DNA of 32,000 nucleotides from Alkanindiges sp. WGS2144 (GTDB lineage Bacteria; Pseudomonadota; Gammaproteobacteria; Pseudomonadales; Moraxellaceae), in NCBI RefSeq assembly GCF_043950625.1, contig NZ_CP171007.1. One strand, written 5' to 3'. The position numbers and the translations under genes were made by a program. Under the pieces are notes generated by a model. The model had not been told where the DNA came from. It was given only the letters and a program-made list of their open reading frames with translations, and made no database searches. This document shows positions 1 through 10,820 of this stretch, in pieces (the first letter of the stretch is position 1; each line of letters opens with the position of its first letter).

Positions 1-416
1 TCGCCTACGAAGTTGGTTCTTCACAGGCCTCTACCACGGCACGGGATGTGCTGGCCAACCGGGCCGGGGTTTGCCGTGACTTTGCTCATCTGGGGGTCGC
101 CTTGTGCCGGGCGCTGAATATCCCGGCACGCTTTGTGTTTGGTTATGCCGAGTTTGAGGAGCCGCCACCAGATTTTCATGCCTTGTTTGAGGCTTATATT
201 GGCAACCAGTGGGTTTTGTTTGATGCTACCCGTATGGCACCTATTGATAAAATTGTCCGTATTGGGACAGGAGCTGACGCCAAGGACGTCGCTTTTGCCA
301 CCATTTATGGGGATGTGGAAATGATTTATATGAAGCCATTTATTTGTGACCACGTGGAAGGTCAGCCACCACGCTTTATTCATCAGGATAATTTCATTGG
401 CCGTCAGGTAGTATAG
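1..416 (+). CDS. Transglutaminase-like (TGc) superfamily protein, C-terminal fragment; 5' end lies outside the window
   Basis: The frame is open from base 3 (AYEVGSSQASTTARDVLANRAGVCRDFAHL...). GVCRDFAH is the catalytic-Cys signature of transglutaminase-like cysteine protease domains. Stop TAG at 414-416. Confidence 0.8.
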   Translation, partial: AYEVGSSQASTTARDVLANRAGVCRDFAHLGVALCRALNIPARFVFGYAEFEEPPPDFHALFEAYIGNQWVLFDATRMAPIDKIVRIGTGADAKDVAFATIYGDVEMIYMKPFICDHVEGQPPRFIHQDNFIGRQVV

Positions 417-537
417 GACGCACTGACTACGTCGTGGTGAAATTAGGGACACGCCCTAACACAAGTACAGCGTTTTTTGTTCTGCTCAGTTAAGATACTT
501 TAGAATGTGCCCTCATTTTAACCACTCATCTGTGTAA

Positions 538-571
538 TACGATAAAATTTGCGTGGTACGATAAAATCTGC
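538..571. repeat. Tandem direct repeat TACGATAAAAT(T/C)TGC x2 (538-552, 557-571) in the ibaG-murA upstream region
   Basis: Read directly from the sequence. A third partial copy, TACGATA, lies at 599-605. Each full copy contains the -10-like hexamer TAAAAT. Confidence 0.6.
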
Positions 572-661
572 CAGAAGTATTGAACTGGACTGGATATTTA
601 CGATAGGGCAGAGTAACCTTTCGCCCAGTCTTTTTTGCCCTCTTATATTTAGGTGTTCTCA

Positions 662-913
662 ATGAATAGCGAACAACTTGTCGCGCTTTTACAGGCCGCT
701 TTTCCCCAGGCTGATGTTGCTGTTACCGGTCAGGCCGGAAAATTTGATTTGCGCATTGTAGACGCCCAGTTTGAAGGCATGCGACCAGTTGCCCGTCAGC
801 AGGCGGTCTATGCGCCTTTAAATGAACACATTGCCAGTGGCGTCGTCCATGCGGTAAGTATTCGTGCTTTAACCCCCGAAGAATGGCGCAAAGCCAGCCT
901 GTTTGGAGCCTGA
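662..913 (+). CDS. ibaG: BolA-family protein (IbaG/YrbA-like)
   Basis: About 83 aa, containing FDLRIVDAQFEGMRPVARQQAVYAPL...VHAVSIRALTPEEW, which is typical of BolA/IbaG. It sits immediately upstream of murA, as in many gammaproteobacteria. AGGTG lies 7 nt before ATG 662; the ORF track starts at GTG 653. Confidence 0.85.
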   Translation: MNSEQLVALLQAAFPQADVAVTGQAGKFDLRIVDAQFEGMRPVARQQAVYAPLNEHIASGVVHAVSIRALTPEEWRKASLFGA

Positions 914-919
914 ACCTGA

Positions 920-2883
<1,964 letters not shown>

Positions 2884-3010
2884 CTACCAGGTAAGTCAAA
2901 AGCGATCAGGGTCACAAGATTTTCCCATCGTTATGCCTTGCTAAAACTGCCACAAGATAGGTGAAACACGCTAAACTATGGTTTTGCTTATCGTTGTGGA
3001 AGTGATGTGA

Positions 3011-4297
3011 ATGCGTCGTTTATCTACCCAGGATGCTGACTTTGGGCAGCAGTTTGCTGCGCTTCTGGCATTTGAAACCGTAAATGATCCTGCCCTGATT
3101 CAAACTGTTGACGATATTATCGAACAGGTAAAAAAACAGGGTAATGCACATGTTTTGGCACTCACCCAGCAGTTTGATCAGCATCCAGCCCAGCATTTTG
3201 ATGAGCTGGAGCTATCCAAAATACAACTACAACAAGCTTTTGAACAGCTTGATCAAAAAGTGCGCGAGGCATTGGAGCTTGCAGCCAATCGTATCCGCGA
3301 ATTCCATGAACGCCAGCTACAGCCCGAATGGCAATATGTGGATCAACTGGGCAATACGCTAGGGCAAAAAGTCACGCCACTGGATCGGGTTGGTATTTAT
3401 GTGCCCGGTGGTAAGGCTTCTTATCCTTCTTCTGTTTTAATGAATGCAATCCCTGCTGCTGTGGCAGGCGTGCAGGAAATTATTATGGTGGTGCCAGCGC
3501 CCAAAGGGGAGTTGAATCCACTGGTGCTGGCAGCCGCACATCTGGCGGGCGTGCATCGGGTACTTACCATTGGCGGTGCGCAGGCAGTAGCAGCGCTGGC
3601 TTACGGTACTGAGACCATTCCCAAAGTAGATAAAATTACCGGCCCCGGCAACCGTTTTGTGGCAGCCGCCAAGCGTGCCGTTTTTGGTCAGGTCGGCATT
3701 GACATGATTGCAGGGCCTTCTGAAATTCTGGTGTATGCTGAAGGACAAAATAACCCCGAATGGCTAGCCATGGATTTGTTGTCACAGGCTGAGCATGATG
3801 AAGTCGCCCAATCCATTTTCATCACCCCTGACGCCGAGTTATTAGAGCAGGTCGCTCAGGCCGTTGAAGTGCATTTAGCCAAACTACCCCGTGCGGATAT
3901 TGCCCAGACCTCCCTACAAAACCGGGGTGCCTTAGTATTGGTCAAAGACCGTAACGAGGCCATTGAACTGATCAATCAGGTGGCGCCCGAGCATCTGGAG
4001 CTATGTATGGATCATCCGGAGCACATACTGCCGCAAATTCGCCATGCTGGGGCTATTTTTATGGGGCGCTATAGCCCAGAGGCTATTGGGGATTACTGCG
4101 CCGGGCCCAACCATGTACTGCCAACCTCTGGCACCGCACGCTTTTCATCCCCCTTGGGTGTGTATGACTTTCAAAAACGTAGCAGTATTATTTATTGCTC
4201 AAAAGAAGGTAGCCGGTCACTGGCTCAGGCTGCGGATATATTGGCACAGCAGGAAGGCCTTGAGGCGCATGCAGCATCTGCACGCTACCGTGCCTAA
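3011..4297 (+). CDS. hisD: Histidinol dehydrogenase
   Basis: 428 aa, with [29 protein letters not shown] and [13 protein letters not shown] motifs. Confidence 0.97.
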   Translation: MRRLSTQDADFGQQFAALLAFETVNDPALIQTVDDIIEQVKKQGNAHVLALTQQFDQHPAQHFDELELSKIQLQQAFEQLDQKVREALELAANRIREFHERQLQPEWQYVDQLGNTLGQKVTPLDRVGIYVPGGKASYPSSVLMNAIPAAVAGVQEIIMVVPAPKGELNPLVLAAAHLAGVHRVLTIGGAQAVAALAYGTETIPKVDKITGPGNRFVAAAKRAVFGQVGIDMIAGPSEILVYAEGQNNPEWLAMDLLSQAEHDEVAQSIFITPDAELLEQVAQAVEVHLAKLPRADIAQTSLQNRGALVLVKDRNEAIELINQVAPEHLELCMDHPEHILPQIRHAGAIFMGRYSPEAIGDYCAGPNHVLPTSGTARFSSPLGVYDFQKRSSIIYCSKEGSRSLAQAADILAQQEGLEAHAASARYRA

Positions 4298-4402
4298 ATT
4301 TAAAGAGTTTAAACCATCAGCTTGGATAGCTCAAAACCGGTGTTTAATCGTCGACTTTGAGCAACTACTTAAATAACTGATGGCTTATAACAATACACTG
4401 GC

Positions 4403-5530
4403 ATGATAAAACCTGTTAATGAGAATCCCATGAATACCACCCCTGAGCAATTACAGCGCTTTTGGAGCCCAGAGGTACGCAGCCTGACGCCTTATGTGCC
4501 TGGTGAACAGCCCAAAATTGACAACCTGCTTAAACTTAATACCAACGAAAGCCCGTTTCCGCCTTCGCCCAAAGTGGCAGAGGCCATTATTCAGGCACTA
4601 AGTGATCAAGTCGAACTGGGTAGCAGCTTACGTTTATATCCAGACCCGGATGCAACCGCTCTAAAACAAGCCATTGCCATACAGCAAAATATTCCAGTAG
4701 AGCAGGTGTTTGTAGGTAATGGTTCGGATGAAGTGCTGGCACATATCTTCAAGGCGTTTTTTATTCAGGAAAACCCGCTGTTATATCCGGATATTACTTA
4801 TAGTTTTTATCCAGTTTACAGTCAGTATTTTGGTATTAAAGCGGTGCAAATACCATTAGCGGATGATTTTTCCATTGATATCAAAAGTTATAATCAACCT
4901 AACGGCGGCATTATTTTTGCTAACCCCAATGCCCCTACTGGCGTCTTTCTACCTTTAGCGCAAATAGAAGCCTTGCTACAGCAGCATCCAGATAGCGTGG
5001 TTGTAGTTGATGAAGCCTACATTGATTTTGGTGGTCAGTCGGCAGTGAGCTTAATTAGCCAGTATGACAATCTGGTGGTGTGCCAGACTACTTCCAAATC
5101 CCGCGCACTGGCCGGTTTGCGTATTGGCATGGCCTTTGCCCAGCCGCATCTCATTGCCGCACTGGAACGGGTGAAAAACAGCTTTAACTCTTATCCGATG
5201 GATCGCCTCGCCATTGCTGGGGGTGTGGCTTCGTTTGAAGATCAGGCTTATTTTGAGCAAACCTGCCAGCAAACTATTCACAACCGGGAACAACTGGTTG
5301 AAGCGCTAACCCAGCTTCGTTTTGCAGTGCTGCCGTCTAAAGCCAACTTTATATTTGCCCAGCATCCCAAACATGCAGCCGCCGATATTGCAGCAAAGCT
5401 TCGCCAGACCGGCATTATTGTGAGACATTTTAACACAGAAAAAATCAATAACTTTTTGCGCATTACCATTGGTACGGTAGAGCAACAAGCGCGTTTAATT
5501 GAACGCTTGAAGCAAATTGTGTCAATTTGA
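4403..5530 (+). CDS. hisC: Histidinol-phosphate aminotransferase
   Basis: 375 aa class-II aminotransferase ([36 protein letters not shown]) downstream of hisGD. The start is uncertain; the alternative is ATG 4430. Confidence 0.92.
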   Translation: MIKPVNENPMNTTPEQLQRFWSPEVRSLTPYVPGEQPKIDNLLKLNTNESPFPPSPKVAEAIIQALSDQVELGSSLRLYPDPDATALKQAIAIQQNIPVEQVFVGNGSDEVLAHIFKAFFIQENPLLYPDITYSFYPVYSQYFGIKAVQIPLADDFSIDIKSYNQPNGGIIFANPNAPTGVFLPLAQIEALLQQHPDSVVVVDEAYIDFGGQSAVSLISQYDNLVVCQTTSKSRALAGLRIGMAFAQPHLIAALERVKNSFNSYPMDRLAIAGGVASFEDQAYFEQTCQQTIHNREQLVEALTQLRFAVLPSKANFIFAQHPKHAAADIAAKLRQTGIIVRHFNTEKINNFLRITIGTVEQQARLIERLKQIVSI

Positions 5531-5599
5531 CACTCTGAACCTAAGGAAACTTAGTGCTAGAATCTATCCAAAGCCTGGACTATTGCAGGAGCATCAAGC

Positions 5600-6247
5600 A
5601 TGCCAATGTTAAAGCAAAAAACCTATATGAGTGAACAGGACTATCTGGAAGGCGAATTGCATTCAGACATCAAGCATGAATATATTGATGGTGAAGTCTA
5701 TGTCATGTCTGGTGCGCACGCCAACCATAATCGTATTGCTGGCAATGTATACCGCAAATTGGGTAATCACTTAGAAGGAAAACCCTGCCAGCCCTATAGC
5801 TCAGATATGAAGGTCAAAGTCGGCAGCAAATATTTTTATCCTGATGTCATGGTAGAGTGTCAGGAAGCGGATGGATATTTCACCGAGTCACCCATTTTAC
5901 TGGTAGAGGTCTTATCCAAATCCACACGCCGTCATGATAAAACCTTTAAACGTCTGGCCTATCTGCAAATTCCGACCCTACAGGAATATGTACTCATAGA
6001 GCAGGACTTTGTTGAAATTGAACTATGGCGACGTACAGCGCAATCCCACTGGCAACAGAACGTTTATTATCTGGGCGATGACATTTATTTTGCTTCAATA
6101 GACCTAAGCATTGCGGTTGCAGATATTTATGATCGGGTTAAAAATACCGACATGCAGGAATGGCTACAGAAAAAGGCCGACTCGCAAGCAACGCAACAGT
6201 CTGAGCAACAGACCGAAAAAAGCCAGGAAAAGCAGGAGCAAAATTAA
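5600..6247 (+). CDS. Uma2-family (DUF820) PD-(D/E)xK-like endonuclease with a Q/E/K-rich C-terminal tail
   Basis: EYIDGEVYVMSGA, HNRIAGNVY, YPDVMV and LLVEVLSKST form a motif series typical of the Uma2 family. AGGAG lies 8 nt upstream of the ATG. The last ~30 aa are low complexity (QATQQSEQQTEKSQEKQEQN). Confidence 0.8.
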   Translation: MPMLKQKTYMSEQDYLEGELHSDIKHEYIDGEVYVMSGAHANHNRIAGNVYRKLGNHLEGKPCQPYSSDMKVKVGSKYFYPDVMVECQEADGYFTESPILLVEVLSKSTRRHDKTFKRLAYLQIPTLQEYVLIEQDFVEIELWRRTAQSHWQQNVYYLGDDIYFASIDLSIAVADIYDRVKNTDMQEWLQKKADSQATQQSEQQTEKSQEKQEQN

Positions 6248-6251
6248 TAGG

Positions 6252-7622
6252 TCACACACTCAAACCATTCACACAATTTAAAATTGCCCCAATCTTATCC
6301 AGACATTCCTGATATTCTTCTTCGCCATCTGATGCAACAGTAATACCACCACCCGCCCAGGCCGTTAGCATATCCCCATGTTTTTGCAGGCTACGGATCA
6401 AAATATTAAAGCGCCCCGTGCCATCATAGTTTAAATAACCCATACTGCCACAATACGCACCGCGTGCTTGTGCTTCCAGCTCATCAATAATCTGCATGGC
6501 GCGAATTTTGGGTGCGCCAGTAATTGAACCACCGGGCAGGGCAGCAAATAATACATCCAGCGGTGAAGCATCCGGTTTTAAAGTGGCCTTTATTTCACTG
6601 ACCAAGTGATGCACCTGCGCAAAGCTTTCCACCTCAAACAGTTTTGGTACCTGCACACTGCCAGTTTGTGCATAAATACTTAAATCATTACGCAACAAAT
6701 CCACAATCATCAGGTTTTCTGCCCGGTCTTTTGCTGAGTGCAATAATGCCTGCCTAAGCTGTTCATCCTGGATGGGATCAGCATGGCGTGGCCTTGTACC
6801 TTTTATGGGGCGGGTAATGACCTCGCCCTGCTGTCCAAACTCAATAAATAACTCTGGCGAGCAACTTAATAGCTCAAAATCTTCGTATTTTGTATAACCG
6901 GCATAAGCCGCTTTGGTTAGGTGTAGCAAAGCATCCATCGCTGCAAGCAAGCTTCCTTCAGCTTGTGCAACAAAAGGCTGAGTCAAATTAACCTGATAGC
7001 AGTCCCCTTGCTGCAAATACTGCTGAATCTGCTTAAAAGCCAGACGGTATTGTGCTTTATGCCACACCGGCCGAAATGCTTTTAATATCTGTAAGTCTGT
7101 AGGGCTAGGCTGGGGCACAGAATCATTTAATAGGTTTTTAATAAAATTATATACAGGGATCAATTCGGCCAGATCTGGGCCATACAATTGCCAGCCATTG
7201 TGTTCCTGCCTTAAAAAAATATCGTATTCGCCCATCAGGGCAGCTGGTGCCTGAATCTGTTTAAGTGAAACAAACTGACTGGCGGCCAGGTCATAGCCGA
7301 CAAAACCCAGCAATCCACCATCAAATCGCAACTTACTGCCTGCATCGCAACAAGCATTTGAATTTAATTTATTTTCCCCCCAAGTTTGTTTTATGCAGCT
7401 TTTAAAGCTTTGCTGCGTCATGGAAGCTTCATAAGTTAGCCCATGCCTTATTTGTTTAAGCGTCTGATCGGGCTGCAACACTATATACAGCCATTTGGGG
7501 AATATCCCAATGACTGACTGATAGGCATCATTAAGTGAATGTAAGCCATGGCAGTTTTGTAACTTTGTACACAAACTTTGAAGAGATTCACAAAATGGAT
7601 AAAAATACTGCTTAACGATCAC
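6252..7622 (-). CDS. pabB: Aminodeoxychorismate synthase component I (chorismate-binding enzyme)
   Basis: 456 aa, with GDCYQVNLTQ, PIKGTRPR and GGSITGAPKIRAMQII motifs. The size and the GDCYQVNL block favour PabB over TrpE. No glutamine amidotransferase partner is adjacent. Confidence 0.85.
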   Translation of the reverse strand: MIVKQYFYPFCESLQSLCTKLQNCHGLHSLNDAYQSVIGIFPKWLYIVLQPDQTLKQIRHGLTYEASMTQQSFKSCIKQTWGENKLNSNACCDAGSKLRFDGGLLGFVGYDLAASQFVSLKQIQAPAALMGEYDIFLRQEHNGWQLYGPDLAELIPVYNFIKNLLNDSVPQPSPTDLQILKAFRPVWHKAQYRLAFKQIQQYLQQGDCYQVNLTQPFVAQAEGSLLAAMDALLHLTKAAYAGYTKYEDFELLSCSPELFIEFGQQGEVITRPIKGTRPRHADPIQDEQLRQALLHSAKDRAENLMIVDLLRNDLSIYAQTGSVQVPKLFEVESFAQVHHLVSEIKATLKPDASPLDVLFAALPGGSITGAPKIRAMQIIDELEAQARGAYCGSMGYLNYDGTGRFNILIRSLQKHGDMLTAWAGGGITVASDGEEEYQECLDKIGAILNCVNGLSV

Positions 7623-7768
7623 GTTAACTGGCCTGCAATGTATAACACAAAAAATTTTATTTAATAATATATTGAAACCTAAGCAGATGCCTAAAAAAGA
7701 TAAACATAAAAAGTTAGAGCAAATATTCTACCGTTCATCGGAACATCTCCATAATTTATTAAAGTTGC

Positions 7769-7797
7769 TTGCACAAAAAGAAAACACAGGGTAATTT
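7769..7797 (+). promoter_or_regulatory. Candidate sigma70 promoter for the fibre-like cluster: TTGCAC-N17-TAATTT
   Basis: -35 TTGCAC at 7769-7774, a 17-nt spacer, and -10 TAATTT at 7792-7797, inside the 282-bp AT-rich region between divergent pabB and the first paralog. This is a hexamer match only. Confidence 0.3.
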
Positions 7798-7846
7798 TAG
7801 CTGGCAGGATTAGCTACAAGAACACCATGTAGGGATGCATTAGCTA
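7797..7846. promoter_or_regulatory. Three copies of TTAGCT (two as ATTAGCTA) in the putative 5' leader of the cluster
   Basis: TTAGCT at 7797-7802, 7810-7815 and 7840-7845. ATTAGCTA at 7809-7816 and 7839-7846, i.e. 30 bp apart. Confidence 0.35.
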
Positions 7847-7904
7847 TAAATCGCCGTACAGGGTAGTAGCGACAAAACAAAACTTATACTCGTAGGAGAG
7901 TGCA

Positions 7905-8807
7905 ATGAAGCTTTTTACTAAACTGGCTTTAGTTTGTGCAATCGCTGTTAGCGGTAGTGCAATGGCTATGGAATCACTGGACGATACAGCACTGAGTTCT
8001 GCAACTGGTCAGGAAGGTATCACTGTAAATGTGTTTAGCGATGGTATTTCTATCGGAAAGCTATTAATTCATGACGAAGATGGCTTATCTACTCGTGAAA
8101 CCACCCCGGGCGGTCAGAACTTGGGCGGTACTGGTGAAACAGGTGCCATCGTGGTTAATGATATATCTTTGGCAGTCGATGAGGATAATGCAAATGGAGC
8201 GCTCCGAGGTGCTTTAGCAAATATCAACATTGACACTGATGGTAACGGCGGCGATGCTTTCCTGAACATAGGTATCAATACTAATGCTCTGGCTGTTGAA
8301 GTAGGTAGCATTGCAGTAGCAAAGTCAGCTGATACTGTAACTGGTGCACGTCGTGGTACAGTTACTGGTGTTGCTGCAGATGATGAAACTGAAATTCTGG
8401 GTGCTTTAAGTGTAAATATTGGTGCGACCAGCATGAACATTCAGTTGGGTGCTGATGCTCCCCAAGATGCTCTGATCTGGGCAAATGCTACTATCACCAA
8501 TGGTATCAAAATTTCCAATATCGACTTAAAAGATCATTCAGATATGGATGGTTCAATCACAGCACTAGGTGGCTCAGGTTCTATTGGAATCGATAATTTA
8601 TACATCACCACTGCTGGCAGTGAAGATTTAATTGTAAATACCAAGATTGGTGTATCTCAGAATGGCTTAGTAGTTAAGTCTTCTGGTTCACAGGATATTT
8701 ACATGGATGCTGTACGTCTGGGTAGTGCTTCTGCTGCCTCTATCGGTGCAGTTGAAATCCAGGGCTTGAACATGGGTGAATCCATGATCGTTGTATCTGG
8801 TCACTAA
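7905..8807 (+). CDS. filA: Secreted Gly/Asn/Asp/Thr-rich repeat protein, paralog 1 of 4 (FilA-like/DUF6160-like putative fibre subunit)
   Basis: 300 aa. AGGAG RBS. Signal peptide MKLFTKLALVCAIAVSGSAMA|ME. Mature N-terminus ESLDDTALSSATGQEGITV. Ends ...MIVVSGH. No Cys in the mature part. Codon usage is dominated by GGT/GCT/ACT. The symbol comes from my memory of the Acinetobacter fil locus annotation and is unverified. Confidence 0.75.
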   Translation: MKLFTKLALVCAIAVSGSAMAMESLDDTALSSATGQEGITVNVFSDGISIGKLLIHDEDGLSTRETTPGGQNLGGTGETGAIVVNDISLAVDEDNANGALRGALANINIDTDGNGGDAFLNIGINTNALAVEVGSIAVAKSADTVTGARRGTVTGVAADDETEILGALSVNIGATSMNIQLGADAPQDALIWANATITNGIKISNIDLKDHSDMDGSITALGGSGSIGIDNLYITTAGSEDLIVNTKIGVSQNGLVVKSSGSQDIYMDAVRLGSASAASIGAVEIQGLNMGESMIVVSGH

Positions 8808-8816
8808 GTAACGGAT

Positions 8817-8847
8817 GGCTGGTAACCTTAGGGTTGCCAGCCTTTTT
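8817..8847 (+). terminator. Rho-independent terminator/attenuator directly after paralog 1
   Basis: GGCTGGTAAC (8817-8826) pairs with GTTGCCAGCC (8833-8842): a 10-bp stem with one G-U pair and a 6-nt loop, followed by TTTTT at 8843-8847. Confidence 0.7.
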
Positions 8848-8897
8848 GACCTGCTATTTGTAATCAGTGTTATCTTCAAGGGACAAGGAAATATACT

Positions 8898-9749
8898 ATG
8901 AAAACTTTAACAAAAATTGCTTTGGTTTCAGCAATGGCAATTAGCAGCAGTGCTTTTGCGTTGGAATCACTTGATGATTCAGCACTGAGCGCAACTACTG
9001 GTCAGGATGGTATTACCATTAAACTGGATGCCCAACAAGACGGTACCATTTTTGGTGCAGACAACATTGTTGTGCATGACAAAGACGGTGTTGGTAATAA
9101 CAATGGTGTATCCAATACTGGCGCTGGTGCGATTGTTTTAGGTAAAGGTGCTGCGGGCATTCAAGGTTTTAATATTATGGGTACTGCTAGTGATGCAGTA
9201 ACTATTAAAGTGGATGCAGATTCTAACGGTACTGCTCCAGTGTTAAACGTAAATGTTGCGCTGCCAGATGAATTAGAAGTAAATACTGGTGATATCTACG
9301 TGGCTTCATCAGGTGGTATTGCTGCTGACGCAAATGCTCAATTTGCTAATGAATCCAAAATTCTGGATAACATCAACATTAGCCTGGGTGGTGCTGAGAT
9401 GAACATCCAGCTGGGTAACACTGCACAAGGTGCCATGATTGTACTGGACGGTAATGTGGACGGTGGTATCAATATTGCTGGTCTGGCATTGACTGATAAC
9501 TCTGCTGGTGCAGGTGGTAAAATCACGATTGATAACATTAACGTACGTGACGCTGGTGGAGCCAACTTGGGCTTAGCCACTGACATTAAAGTAACCAATG
9601 ATGGTTTGTCAGTAATCCGTACCGGTGGTGATGTTGACGTTCGCTTAAGTGGTGTTCAGTTAGGCTCTGTTGGCCTTGCCCATAACCTGGGTGACGTAGC
9701 TATTCTGGGTATGGCTGTACCTAATATTACCATTAGCGGCCATAACTAA
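8898..9749 (+). CDS. Secreted Gly/Asn/Asp/Thr-rich repeat protein, paralog 2 of 4 (FilA-like)
   Basis: 283 aa. Signal peptide ...SSSAFA|LE. Mature N-terminus LESLDDSALSATTGQDGITI. Contains DADSNG and EMNIQLGNTAQG blocks. Ends ...NITISGHN. Gly codons are dominated by GGT. Confidence 0.75.
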   Translation: MKTLTKIALVSAMAISSSAFALESLDDSALSATTGQDGITIKLDAQQDGTIFGADNIVVHDKDGVGNNNGVSNTGAGAIVLGKGAAGIQGFNIMGTASDAVTIKVDADSNGTAPVLNVNVALPDELEVNTGDIYVASSGGIAADANAQFANESKILDNINISLGGAEMNIQLGNTAQGAMIVLDGNVDGGINIAGLALTDNSAGAGGKITIDNINVRDAGGANLGLATDIKVTNDGLSVIRTGGDVDVRLSGVQLGSVGLAHNLGDVAILGMAVPNITISGHN

Positions 9750-9774
9750 TTATAGTGCCGTTTTCTGGGTAATA

Positions 9775-9805
9775 AACAAGGCGGCATACAATGTGCCGCC
9801 TTGTT
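9775..9805 (+). terminator. Perfect 12-bp hairpin after paralog 2 (terminator-like, lacks a clean U-tract)
   Basis: AACAAGGCGGCA (9775-9786) pairs with TGCCGCCTTGTT (9794-9805) around a 7-nt loop. It is followed by GTCACGG rather than a T-run. Confidence 0.45.
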
Positions 9806-9886
9806 GTCACGGGGTAGAGGAGGTTAATCATAGTCTTGGGCGGGAAGCCTAACTAACCAAACGCTAGAGGCTAGAGGGAACTGTAG

Positions 9887-10738
9887 ATGATGCCACTAAA
9901 AACTATAATCATGACTTCTTTGCTATTGGCAAATGGTTCAGTATTTGCCTTGCAAACACTGGATGATTCTTCCTTGAGTCAGGCAACCGGACAGGATGGC
10001 ATTACCGTAACCTTGCAGGATTTTGAGCCCAATGCGCAGATTATCTGGACAGATACCAATGGTATTAATAGTGCCGATGGTATAGACCCTGCTAGTGTTG
10101 GAATTATAACAACCACACCACAGCCTGGTGCAGTGGTATTTGGTGATGGAACAAGAGCAAATAACTTTAGAATTAGTAAAGGCACCACGACACTAACTCT
10201 GGATGCTGACGGCAATAATGGTTCCCCAATGCTGAATATTAATATCAGTCTGCCTGAGGATTTAACGGTGCAAACTGGGGATATTTTTGTAGCTGGCAAG
10301 GATAATAATAACCAGCTGGTAAATATGATCAAAATTATGAATGACGTTAAGGTGGAGCTTGGTGGCTTGGATCTTAATGTACAGTTGGGTAGTGCCCCAC
10401 AGGGGCAACTGTTGAAATTTTATGGAACAGTAGTAGGTGGTATCCGTATTTCTAACCTAGCGTTAATTTCGGAGTCTTCAGGTACTGAGCAATATGGCAT
10501 TGGCATTCAGAAGATAACGGTTCGGGATGCAGGTGCAAGCGGTGACTTAACCTTTAATGGTAGTGGTGTCAGCGTTGCCAACACAGGGTTGATTATTACA
10601 CCTTCTGCTGGTAAACAGGTAGATGTATTAATGGATGATGTAAAAGTAGGTAACCTGGCTAGCAGTGCATCAATTGGTGGGGTGGCTGTGCTTGGTATGC
10701 AGCTTGATGGTAATTCATTAACGATCTCTGGACACTAA
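9887..10738 (+). CDS. Secreted repeat protein, paralog 3 of 4 (FilA-like)
   Basis: 283 aa. Signal peptide ...NGSVFA|LQ. Mature N-terminus LQTLDDSSLSQATGQDGITV. Contains DADGNNG and DLNVQLGSAPQG blocks. Ends ...SLTISGH. The start could be the second ATG (9890). Confidence 0.72.
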   Translation: MMPLKTIIMTSLLLANGSVFALQTLDDSSLSQATGQDGITVTLQDFEPNAQIIWTDTNGINSADGIDPASVGIITTTPQPGAVVFGDGTRANNFRISKGTTTLTLDADGNNGSPMLNINISLPEDLTVQTGDIFVAGKDNNNQLVNMIKIMNDVKVELGGLDLNVQLGSAPQGQLLKFYGTVVGGIRISNLALISESSGTEQYGIGIQKITVRDAGASGDLTFNGSGVSVANTGLIITPSAGKQVDVLMDDVKVGNLASSASIGGVAVLGMQLDGNSLTISGH

Positions 10739-10820
10739 AGATAAAAGGTACGCCGCCATTACTTGCTACACTCTGAAGTGGCGCTGAGTTGAAGCACTAT
10801 TTGAAAGGCAGGAAGCTCTA

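Noticed and set aside
4044-4376. 110-aa + strand ORF overlapping the 3' end of hisD and running into the hisD-hisC spacer.
   Set aside because: It is an alternative frame of the confidently called hisD gene. It has no RBS and no recognisable domain.
8114-10332. Antisense ORFs inside the paralog genes (8114-8440, 9338-9598 and 9979-10332, all on the - strand; 86-117 aa).
   Set aside because: They lie fully within well-supported + strand genes. They have no RBS. Their Pro/Ser/Ala/Thr-rich translations are the expected mirror of GGT/GCT/ACT-rich sense codons. They are artefacts of codon periodicity.
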